The notes beneath the pieces are model-generated. The model saw only the letters and a list, made by a program, of their open reading frames with translations, did no database searches and was not told the origin of the DNA. Positions 53,929-62,459 of a stretch of DNA of 64,000 bases are shown piece after piece. The DNA comes from Myxococcota bacterium (GTDB lineage Bacteria > Myxococcota_A > UBA9160 > UBA4427). The stretch lies in the NCBI GenBank assembly GCA_041440805.1, contig JASDVF010000036.1, positions 75,179 to 139,178 of the forward strand, read 5' to 3'. The position numbers and the translations under genes were made by a program. Numbering within the stretch: position 1 is the first letter of the stretch; every line of letters starts with the position of its first letter.

Positions 53929-55763
53929 GGCGCGGTTCTGAGAGGGTCTCGATTCGGAGGGTTCGTCTCGCAGCGATGCTGGCATCGGCTTGCGTCGCGT
54001 TAAGCGCGCCGGCTGCCTTCGCAGAGCCCGAGCGGCCTAACATCGTCCTCGTCCTCGCCGACGACCTGGGCTTCAGCGATGTCGCGCCCTACGGCAGCGA
54101 GATCGCCACGCCCACGATCGCAGCACTCGCCGAAGAGGGTGTGCTCTTCGCCAACTACCACACCTCCGCGAGCTGCGCGCCATCGCGCGCGATGCTGCTG
54201 ACCGGAGTAGACAGCCATCGCGCGGGTGTACCGAACATCCCCGAGATGCTCCCGCCTGAACACAGTCAACGTCCCGGCAATCAGGGCACACTCGGGCGCA
54301 ACGTCGTCACCGTGGCGACGCTCCTGCAGGACGCCGAGTATCACACCTACATCGCCGGAAAGTGGCATCTGGGCATGACACCGGATCTACTTCCGAGCCA
54401 GAGGGGATTCGAGCGGACGTTCGTCCTCGCCGACAGTGGCGCCGATAATTGGGAGCAGAAGCCCTACCTCCCGATCTACGACAAGGCCAATTGGTTTGCG
54501 GACGGTGAAGAGGCCGAGCTCCCTGACGACTTCTACTCGTCGCGCTTCCTCGTCGACAAGACGATCGAGTTCATCGACAGCGACGCGCAGGACGGCCGTC
54601 CCTTCTTTGCATACGTCCCATTCCAAGCGGTTCACCTTCCGGTCCAGGCTCCGCAGGAGTTCACCGACCGCTACATGGGCGTCTACGACGAGGGCTGGGA
54701 CCGTCTGCGTTACGAGCGCCGTCGCCGCGCCGCCGAGCTCGGAATTGTGCCCCGGAGCGCAGGCATGGTCGCTATGTCGACCACCGATGATTTCTTCGCT
54801 TTGTCTCCAGAGCAGAAGCGTTACCAGGCGAAGCGCATGGCCGTGTATGCCGGAATGGTCGAAGCCATGGACTTCCACGTGGGTCGCCTGGTTGCGCACT
54901 TGAAGGAGATCGGGGAGTACGAGAACACGATCTTCATATTCACCTCCGACAACGGCAGCGAGGCTGCGGGTCCAGGAAACCCGGAGTCCCCGATCACTCG
55001 CTTTGGCCTCGGGCGCCAGGGGTACTCGACCGACTACGAGACCCTCGGGTTGAAGGGGAGCTTCAATTCAATCGGTCCGTCTTTCGCGAGTGCCGCGGCC
55101 TCTCCGCTCGCCTACTACAAGTTTTATCTGGGCGAGGGCGGGCTTCGCGTGCCGCTGATCATCGCTGGGGCGCGCCTTCAGAGTGACAGCCGAGCCGGGC
55201 GGATCGAGCACGCATTCACCTGGGTCACGGACATCGCTCCGACCCTTCTGGCGCTGACGGGTACTTCGGCGCCCGGTGAACGCCATGGCGGTCGGGTCGT
55301 CGAGCCCATGGTCGGGCGAAGCCTCCTTCCGCTCATCGAAGGTCGGGTGAATCGCGTATACGACGAGACCGACGCCGTTGGGACCGAACTCGGGGGCCAT
55401 GCCGCGCTGTTCCAGGGCGACTACAAGATTGTGAGGAACCGGGGGGCGGTCGGTGATGGGGAGTGGCGCCTCTACGACATCGCCCTCGATCCCGGCGAGA
55501 CCACCGATCTCGCAGCAGCGCATCCCGCGCGGCTGCAACGCATGCTCTCGCAGTATCACGAGTATGCGAAACGCAACGGCGTCCTGCCTGTGCCACTGGG
55601 ATACGACGCGCAGCGACAGGTCGCGATCAACGGCCTGCGCAACCGGGCCCGACCGGGAATCCTGGTGGGCATCCTATTGGTGCTGACTTTGCTTCCCTTC
55701 TATCTCTTCCATCGAGCCTCGCGCCGAATGGGAGACCGAGAAACCGCGGAGAAAGTCGAATGA
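53925..55763 (+). CDS. Arylsulfatase (formylglycine-dependent) with C-terminal membrane anchor
   Basis: Signal peptide, then NIVLVLADDLGFSD, the C-x-P-x-R motif SCAPSRAML, FTSDNG, and a terminal TM segment ILVGILLVLTLLPFYLF. Confidence 0.9.
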   Translation: MRRGSERVSIRRVRLAAMLASACVALSAPAAFAEPERPNIVLVLADDLGFSDVAPYGSEIATPTIAALAEEGVLFANYHTSASCAPSRAMLLTGVDSHRAGVPNIPEMLPPEHSQRPGNQGTLGRNVVTVATLLQDAEYHTYIAGKWHLGMTPDLLPSQRGFERTFVLADSGADNWEQKPYLPIYDKANWFADGEEAELPDDFYSSRFLVDKTIEFIDSDAQDGRPFFAYVPFQAVHLPVQAPQEFTDRYMGVYDEGWDRLRYERRRRAAELGIVPRSAGMVAMSTTDDFFALSPEQKRYQAKRMAVYAGMVEAMDFHVGRLVAHLKEIGEYENTIFIFTSDNGSEAAGPGNPESPITRFGLGRQGYSTDYETLGLKGSFNSIGPSFASAAASPLAYYKFYLGEGGLRVPLIIAGARLQSDSRAGRIEHAFTWVTDIAPTLLALTGTSAPGERHGGRVVEPMVGRSLLPLIEGRVNRVYDETDAVGTELGGHAALFQGDYKIVRNRGAVGDGEWRLYDIALDPGETTDLAAAHPARLQRMLSQYHEYAKRNGVLPVPLGYDAQRQVAINGLRNRARPGILVGILLVLTLLPFYLFHRASRRMGDRETAEKVE

Positions 55764-56038
55764 AGAAATGATTCGTGCACATCGTCGCGAGCATCGGTCT
55801 CTTGTTCATGGCCATCTTCTTCAAACATCTTGCCCCTTTGCCTTCCGGGTACGAGGCCCATGCGTTCTGCAGCAATCTCTTCATCGCCCGCCGCTCCCCC
55901 TCAGGTTCGAGGGCTGATGCCCGGACAGCCAGGGCTCCGTCGAGTGCTTCTTCACGGCCTTCTGGGCGACCACGCTTTGCCATCTTCCGAGTGCCTAGAA
56001 GCGTCTGAGAGCGCTTTTAGACCCCATCACCGTGCTTG

Positions 56039-56081
56039 CTAAACCGTGTGTCGCAAGTTCGAGTCTTGCCGGGGGCGCCAG
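56039..56081 (+). repeat. Direct repeat of the tRNA-Arg(CCT) 3' half (anticodon loop to CCA plus 1 nt)
   Basis: Sequence is ctaaaccgtgtgtcgcaAgttcgagtcTtgccgggggcgccag, compared with 44503-44545. 41/43 positions are identical. The two differences fall on the paired T-stem positions 52 and 62 (G-C becomes A-T). Confidence 0.9.
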
Positions 56082-56116
56082 CGAAGCTCGCGACTGCTCC
56101 GTCACGCGGGCGTCGA

Positions 56117-56353
56117 AAGCTCTATAAGGACGGCACGGCGAAGGGGCTGAATTCCGATCACGTTCGGAAGCTCCGGTCGGTTCTGACCGCGCTCGACGGG
56201 GCAGAAGCGCCGGGCGACATGGACATCGCTGGATGGCGACTGAAGAATCCGACGCGTCCGGGAGAGGTCGTTCGGGATGCGATCAAAAATGGCCTGGGGC
56301 TCACGGTGACGGCTGCGGCCGAGGGGGCTAGGCGTGTCGCGCAAGACGCTCTC
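56117..56353 (+). pseudogene. higB-higA toxin-antitoxin remnant fused by an internal deletion
   Basis: KLYKDGTAKGLNSDHVRKLRSVLTALDGAEAPGDMDIAGWRL matches the HigB (killer protein) N-half. It runs straight into PGEVVRDAIKNGLGLTVTAAAEGA, which resembles the start of the HigA HTH, and then degenerates. Confidence 0.45.
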
Positions 56354-56413
56354 TGCGGAGGGCAGTTCCGGTCCGCAGCGCTCGTACCTTGGACGTGTTA
56401 TTCGGGCCTGTTG

Positions 56414-56972
56414 TTAAGGCCTGTTCTTAAGGTCGATAGTGGATCGGCGAGGTGTAGACGCGTTCTTGAATCGATGAGGGATGGCCCGTTTCCTTTGGGT
56501 ATCCTCCTCCGCCCAGATCGCAGCGAGCCCCGATGCCGACATTGACCAGCCGTTCGGATCGCCCGGTGCGCCGCCGAGCCCGCCCTTGTTCTCGGGAATC
56601 GAACTCCACTCCCAGCCAATCAGTGCTGTGAACTCACCCGGCCGATCGAAGGTATCAGCACTTTCGATCGCTTCATCCCAGATCGTCTTCCGTTTTCGGA
56701 TGCGAGACGCCCAGAGATGATTCCGACTCACTGAACAAGGGATTGGTCGATGGCGTCTCGAGATCCCGCAGGTCGAGATGGGCTTTGTAAACCAAGACCT
56801 CTTGTTCGGATCGAAGTGTCGAGACTGTTTTACTGAGTCTCTTGGAGTGATGCTCGAGGTCGACGATCGAAGCGTCTACGCTCGCCAGCAGGCGGGCAGT
56901 CGCACCTCCGATTCCTGCGCCGGCGGCGCCGGTGGCCGTGCGCCCCGTGAAGCGTTGCTGCGATGCGGCCAT
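56414..56972 (-). pseudogene. DUF3604-like gene fragment (two frames)
   Basis: IWDEAIESADTFDRPGEFTALIGWEWSS resembles the conserved PG-FT-x-IGYEWTS core of DUF3604 proteins. Only about 180 aa remain, they are frame-shifted, and the downstream conserved parts are missing. Confidence 0.3.
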
Positions 56973-57356
56973 GTCTCCGGGTGTCCTGGATAGGTCGAGT
57001 CTGTGGACATTGAGGCTCCTGCTCGTTGATGATTTAGAGTGAGCTTAAGGATAGGCAGAAGTCCAAGTCCCTGGTTTCGTCCGCCGCGTGCGCTCGCTCA
57101 CAGCGCGCAGTCAGCCGCAAGTAGGTGGCCTAACAGCTTGCTAAGCAGCGGTGGGCTCGAAATTGCGATTTTGCGCGACGAAATGGGTAGCAGCAGGTCC
57201 TGTCGAGCCGGGCTGGCCACGGCGGATAAAAAGTTCGTGCTCGGGCCAGGACGACCTCATGGCGTCTCGTCGTAAGGAGTAAATGATTCGGACGCTCGTA
57301 CCGGCTCGTCCTGTGCAGTAGCCTGCCGCCTTTCCACCTCCTGAAGCGAGCTCCTC

Positions 57357-59348
57357 ATGAAACAGTCAGACGGCGATCTCGAAGCCGCGCTCCATCAACA
57401 CTTCGGCTTCACCACCTTCAATGACGGGCAGAAGGAAGTGGTCGAACGCCTTATTGCGGGTCGATCGGCCGCGGCTGTCTTTCCAACAGGCGGCGGGAAA
57501 TCACTCTGTTACCAGCTGCCCGCACTCATGCTGGACGGCCTCACGCTGGTCGTGTCGCCTTTGATCGCGCTCATGAAGGATCAGATCGATGCCCTCGCAC
57601 AGCGCGGCATTGCCGCCCGCAGGCTCGACTCGAGTCTTGATGCTGAGGGACATCGCTCTCTCATGTCCGACCTGTCGGCCGGGCGGGTGCCACTGCTTTA
57701 TGTGGCTCCCGAGCGCTTCAATAATGAGCGTTTCCGCGCCTCAATGGAAGATTTAGACATCGCTCTGTTTGCGGTCGACGAGGCCCACTGCATCTCGGAA
57801 TGGGGCCACAATTTCCGGCCAGATTATTTGAAGCTCGGTGGGATTGCACGGACGATCGGCGCGCGCCGAGTTCTGGCGCTGACCGCTACGGCGACCGACC
57901 GCGTGCTGCTCGACATTCGAAAGGGCTTCGATATCGCGGAAGAAGACGCGATCCGTACGCGCTTCTACCGCCCGAACCTAACACTTCGTTTCACGCCGAC
58001 ATCCGCTGTGAGTCGGGACGAAACCCTAGTCGAGCGTCTCCGGTCCCGGCCCGTAGGCTCGACGATCGTGTACGTCACGCTTCAGCGCACGGCGGAACGC
58101 ATGGCGAAGGTTTTGAGTGAGGCCGGTTTTGATGCACAGCCTTATCACGCCGGGCTCGACCCCGATCGCCGTGGATCGATCCAGGATGCGTTTCTCGCCT
58201 CGGATCAGATGATCGTTGTCGCCACGATCGCGTTCGGAATGGGCATCGACAAAGCTAACATCCGATACGTCTATCACTACAACCCACCCAAGAGCCTCGA
58301 GCATCTTGCGCAGGAGATCGGGCGTGCGGGCCGTGACGGCGAGTCCTCGACTTGCGAGTTGCAGATTTGCCACGACGACGTGCCGCTCCTCGAGAACTTC
58401 GTGTACGGCGACACGCCGACACGAGCGGCCATCCGGAGCCTCGTAGGCGCGCTGCTGCACAATTCGAGCAGGGATGAAGGCGACAGCGGCGAAGCGCGCG
58501 ATAAGACGGAGACCGAGGCGGACACGATTGCTCTTGCGCTCACGTCCTTCGGCAATGCGCACGATGTACGGCCACTGGTCGTCCGCACGCTGCTCACTTA
58601 CCTGGAACTCGATGGCTTCCTCGAAGCGATGACCCCGGTCTACGATCGATTCCGGTACCGACTCATCGCGAGCGAAGAAGACATTCTGGCTCGTTTGCCA
58701 CAGAGCGAACCTCGCAAGCTGATGAAGGGGCTTTTTGCGGCCAGCAAGAAGGCTCGCATCTGGTTCACAGTGGAGGCCGAGAAGGTCGCCGCCAAGCTGA
58801 ATGTGCCTCGGGACCGAATCGTGAAGGCGCTCGATTGGCTAGCCAACCACGAGCTCGTCGAGCTTAAGGCCGAAGGCCTGCTGCATCGCTATCGCCGACT
58901 GCGCACGGCCGACGTCGAGGCGCTGACGGACGATCTCTACGAACGTGTGCTGGCGCGCGAACAAGCCGAGCTAGGCCGGTTGGCGGCGGTGATCGATCTC
59001 GCCGCGTCGAATAACTGCCAGGTGCAGGCATTGAGCCGGCACTTCTCGGACTCCGAGCCGGCCGACCCCTGCGGCCATTGCGAACACTGCTTGACCGGTC
59101 CAATCGCGCTCGAACGCATGGCGGAAGTCGAAATCGACGCGCCTAACTGGGAGCTCGCGCTGCGGCTTAAGGCCGAACAATCGGCGCTCGACGATCCGCG
59201 CATACTGGCCCGCTTTCTGTGTGGTGTCCGTTCGCCGCTTTTGACTCGGCTCAAACTCACGAAGCACGCACTCTTCGGCTGCTGCGAAGCCGTGCCGTTT
59301 GGACAGGTGATGCAAAAGGCGGTGGATTCGGTCACAGCGGGAGGGTGA
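57357..59348 (+). CDS. RecQ-family ATP-dependent DNA helicase
   Basis: 663 aa. Motifs are FPTGGGKSLCYQLPA, DEAHCISEWGHNFRPDY, LTATAT, ATIAFGMGID and QEIGRAGRDG. There is a late Cys cluster, CGHCEHC. Confidence 0.85.
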   Translation: MKQSDGDLEAALHQHFGFTTFNDGQKEVVERLIAGRSAAAVFPTGGGKSLCYQLPALMLDGLTLVVSPLIALMKDQIDALAQRGIAARRLDSSLDAEGHRSLMSDLSAGRVPLLYVAPERFNNERFRASMEDLDIALFAVDEAHCISEWGHNFRPDYLKLGGIARTIGARRVLALTATATDRVLLDIRKGFDIAEEDAIRTRFYRPNLTLRFTPTSAVSRDETLVERLRSRPVGSTIVYVTLQRTAERMAKVLSEAGFDAQPYHAGLDPDRRGSIQDAFLASDQMIVVATIAFGMGIDKANIRYVYHYNPPKSLEHLAQEIGRAGRDGESSTCELQICHDDVPLLENFVYGDTPTRAAIRSLVGALLHNSSRDEGDSGEARDKTETEADTIALALTSFGNAHDVRPLVVRTLLTYLELDGFLEAMTPVYDRFRYRLIASEEDILARLPQSEPRKLMKGLFAASKKARIWFTVEAEKVAAKLNVPRDRIVKALDWLANHELVELKAEGLLHRYRRLRTADVEALTDDLYERVLAREQAELGRLAAVIDLAASNNCQVQALSRHFSDSEPADPCGHCEHCLTGPIALERMAEVEIDAPNWELALRLKAEQSALDDPRILARFLCGVRSPLLTRLKLTKHALFGCCEAVPFGQVMQKAVDSVTAGG

Positions 59349-59410
59349 GGCTTGCTTTTGCCGCGATGGTTGTCGAGGGAGAGGGCTCCGCGCAGGTTCT
59401 CGCCGGGTGA

Positions 59411-59452
59411 GGTGGCCATTTCTTGAAAACGGCAACAAGTTCAATGACCACC
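59411..59452. terminator. Imperfect long hairpin between the convergent RecQ and P450 genes
   Basis: GGTGGCCATT..CTTG-loop-CAAG..AATGACCACC: a 10-bp outer stem with one mismatch plus a 4-bp inner stem. No clear U-tract. Confidence 0.3.
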
Positions 59453-59496
59453 TGACTTGGAAACGCCGCTCGCGGGTGATGGAATGTGTGTATGTG

Positions 59497-60750
59497 TTAG
59501 GCGACATCCCGGATCTTATACCGGACGGGGAGTGTCTTGCGGCCGACCACGAAGCTCGAGTGGATCTGCGTTGGCTCCGTTGCGAGTTCGAACTCCTCAA
59601 GTCGCGTGGCTAGCTCGTGCACGAGTGCTCGCATGCTGGCACGCGCGAGATGAGCACCGAGACAGAAATGTTCGCCGGTTCCAAAGCCAAGGTGGCGATT
59701 CGGCTTTCGAGTCACGTCGAAGCGGAAAGGATCGTCGAAGACGTCTTCATCGCGATTGGCCGAGGCATAGAAGAGAACTGCGGAGTCGCCTTCGCGAATC
59801 GTCTTGTCCCTAACTTGAACGTCGCGTGCCGCCGTGCGCTTCATATAGTTCACGGGGGTGGCCCAGCGAATAATCTCTTCGACGGCGCTCTTCACGAGTG
59901 AGGGGTCACGGCGTACGAGCTCCAGCTGATCGGGGTACCGCGCGAAGGCTTCGAGCCCAGCAGAAAGCGCGTTTCGGGTCGTGTCGTGCCCGGCCAAGAA
60001 CACGATCATGTAGTACCCGAAAGTCTCGATCGGTCCGAGCGCTTCACCGTTTTCGAGTTTTGCGTTCGCGATCAGACTCGCGAGGTCATCGGATGGGTTC
60101 GCCCGCCGATCCTGGATGATCCGATCGAAGAGCGTATAGAGATCTGCTGTGACTTGTCTCTGGGCATCGAAGGGATCGGCTCCGACTCTTTGTAAGTCGG
60201 GGTCATCCGCAGCAAAGATCTGCTGCGTCCAAAGGAGCAGGTCCTCTTCGTCTCGCTCGTCGATTCCGAGAATTGTGGCGAGCACGCGCAGGGGGTGGCG
60301 TTGGGCGACCACATCGATGAAATCACATTCGCCGGCGTCGCCTAACGAATCGATCAGTTGCCGTGCGCTGCCTTCGACGATATCGTCGAGGCGTGCGATG
60401 CCGCGCGGCGTGAAAAATCCGCTCGCTACTTTTCGAATCGCGCGGTGCTGTGGTGGGTCCATTTCGATGATTGTCTTCATATTGAACTCGCGCGGATTGG
60501 CCGCTTCGAAAGCGATCTGCGCGCGGCTTTGAATCAGGGTTCCCGGATCGTTCAGAAAGACTTCCGGTTTGCCCGAAATGTCTATGATGTCGGCATGTTT
60601 CGTGATGGCCCAGAAGTTCTCGAACTCGTCAGACTCGCACCACTGGACGGGCGATTCGTGTCGCAAGCGCGTCCAAACGTCGTGGGGTAATCCTTTTCGA
60701 CCGTAATGCTCGGGGGAGATCAGGTCGCGGGGATCAAAGTCTTGCGGCAT
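59497..60750 (-). CDS. Cytochrome P450
   Basis: 417 aa. Heme-binding loop FGTGEHFCLGAHLA, EIIRW (ExxR), and the I-helix motif FLAGHDTT. Confidence 0.9.
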   Translation of the reverse strand: MPQDFDPRDLISPEHYGRKGLPHDVWTRLRHESPVQWCESDEFENFWAITKHADIIDISGKPEVFLNDPGTLIQSRAQIAFEAANPREFNMKTIIEMDPPQHRAIRKVASGFFTPRGIARLDDIVEGSARQLIDSLGDAGECDFIDVVAQRHPLRVLATILGIDERDEEDLLLWTQQIFAADDPDLQRVGADPFDAQRQVTADLYTLFDRIIQDRRANPSDDLASLIANAKLENGEALGPIETFGYYMIVFLAGHDTTRNALSAGLEAFARYPDQLELVRRDPSLVKSAVEEIIRWATPVNYMKRTAARDVQVRDKTIREGDSAVLFYASANRDEDVFDDPFRFDVTRKPNRHLGFGTGEHFCLGAHLARASMRALVHELATRLEEFELATEPTQIHSSFVVGRKTLPVRYKIRDVA

Positions 60751-60857
60751 CGATTGGGGTCCTTTTATAGGGGCTCGTCTGAAAAGGAATCTTACACATT
60801 TGCGGCCTCCGTTCTCAACCTACGTTGGCTGGCCAACCTGGTGGAGGACTTTCGTCG

Positions 60858-62276
60858 ATGGGCTCGTTTCGCATGTTGGTTTTGATCGTGTGGCTTTCGC
60901 TGTTGGCGGGTTGCCATGGCTTTCCGATGTTGAGCGATGGCTCGGCGGATTGGGCGATCGAGTCCGTCACGCTTATCGAAGGCGAGGGGGAGGTCCGGCG
61001 GGACCACCGAGTCGTCGTTAAGGGAGACCGGATCGTTTGGGTGGGACCCATGTCGGCCGGCGGACCGCCAGCGGCGGAGACAATTGACGGTCGTAACCAA
61101 TTTCTGATCCCTGGGCTGTGGGACGCTCATATTCACTATCTCTACGAGGAAGAGCTGACCGAGGCGATGCCCGATCTATTCCTGGATCATGGCATCACCA
61201 GTGTGCGAGACACGGGAGGCGATCTCGAACGCTTGGTCGCATTGCGATCGGGTTGGACGACGGCCGGGCGCGCGATGCCGCGCTTCTATTTATCTGGGCC
61301 TCTACTCGACGGGCGCCTCGTTGTTTATGACGGGAAGGCCGCAGCGCAGCCCGCGTTGGGAACGAGCATCCCCGATATCGTCGCAGCGAAAATGGCCGTT
61401 GCGCACCTGAAGGATCGCGGCGCGGATTTTATCAAAATCTATGAGCTGGTCTCGCCGGAAGTATTCGAGGCATTAGTTGAGGCGGCGCGGGCCGAGGGGA
61501 TGCCAATCGCATCCCATGTTCCGCTGAGTTTGCCCGCGGATATCGCGGGTCCGCAGGTCGATTCGATGGAACATCTTCGTAACATCGATCTGGCATGTGC
61601 ACGGAACTGGCGCGCGATGCTCGAAGCTCGGCGGGCCCGCCTAACGGACTTCGACGGTCTCCGCGGCTACCCCTTGCGGCGAGAACTCCACGAAGCCCAG
61701 CGCTATCAATCGATCGCGGACTACGATCCGGCACGCTGCGCAGATGTGCTGGGAACACTCGGCGAAACGATGCAAGTGCCGACACTGCGCCTGAACGCGT
61801 TCTATCACAGCCGGCCCTTTGAAGACGAAGCCTTCGAGCACGCTTTGCTGGGCTTACCGGAGAGCGTGCGGGCGCGCTGGCGTTACGATGTTGAGGCGCT
61901 TCGTGAGCCGGGCCGGGAGTGGGATCTTCGTTTCGCGAATTGGAGTCTGGGTCTCGTCGGAGACATGCACGCGGTCGATATCCCAATCGCGGCGGGAACG
62001 GATACGCCGATTCGCCTCGCGATTCCCGGGGAGAGCCTGCATCGAGAGCTCGAACTCTTGGTCGAAAGCGGTTTATCGCCTCAAGACGCGATCTTTGCGG
62101 CCACGATCGCGCCGGCGCGGTTTTTTGGTCTGGACGCGCAGATGGGGCGCATCCTCGAAGGGCAAAGGGCTGATCTGGTTCTGCTCCGAGCGAATCCACT
62201 TGAGGCGATTCGGAATACTCGGGAGATCCAGGGCGTAGTCGCTGCGGGGGAATGGGTGCGGCGCGAGGCTCCCTGA
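60858..62276 (+). CDS. Amidohydrolase-family lipoprotein
   Basis: Preferred start is MGSFRMLVLIVWLSLLAGCHG (lipobox LAGC) at 60858. Metal motif LWDAHIHY, plus AGTD late in the sequence. Confidence 0.8.
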   Translation: MGSFRMLVLIVWLSLLAGCHGFPMLSDGSADWAIESVTLIEGEGEVRRDHRVVVKGDRIVWVGPMSAGGPPAAETIDGRNQFLIPGLWDAHIHYLYEEELTEAMPDLFLDHGITSVRDTGGDLERLVALRSGWTTAGRAMPRFYLSGPLLDGRLVVYDGKAAAQPALGTSIPDIVAAKMAVAHLKDRGADFIKIYELVSPEVFEALVEAARAEGMPIASHVPLSLPADIAGPQVDSMEHLRNIDLACARNWRAMLEARRARLTDFDGLRGYPLRRELHEAQRYQSIADYDPARCADVLGTLGETMQVPTLRLNAFYHSRPFEDEAFEHALLGLPESVRARWRYDVEALREPGREWDLRFANWSLGLVGDMHAVDIPIAAGTDTPIRLAIPGESLHRELELLVESGLSPQDAIFAATIAPARFFGLDAQMGRILEGQRADLVLLRANPLEAIRNTREIQGVVAAGEWVRREAP

Positions 62277-62459
62277 CCCTCGGAATGGGAAAAAGCGAGT
62301 GAATTCAAGGCGTTCTCGATTGATTCCCGCCGACGCTCGTGTCAATCTCCCGACCCATTCCAGACGATCGGCTACGGGCTCTAGTCCCGTCCGCGCGCCA
62401 CAGTGCTGCGCAAGTCTGATCCCTCTGATTCCGCACGCCATAGGAGCATCCACGGTCCG

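Larger units (their letters stand above)
44545..56081. mobile_element. Candidate degraded tRNA-integrated genomic island (detoxification gene block), no integrase
   Basis: Bounded by the intact tRNA-Arg 3' end (44503-44545) and a 43-bp direct repeat of it (56039-56081, 41/43 identical). No recombinase ORF lies between them. Confidence 0.3.

Noticed and set aside
55627-55983. 118-aa minus ORF next to the tRNA fragment as a possible integrase remnant
   Set aside because: Its sequence (MAKRGRPEGREEALDG…) shows none of the tyrosine-recombinase box motifs (R..H-x-x-R..Y). It overlaps the sulfatase 3' end and is probably non-coding.
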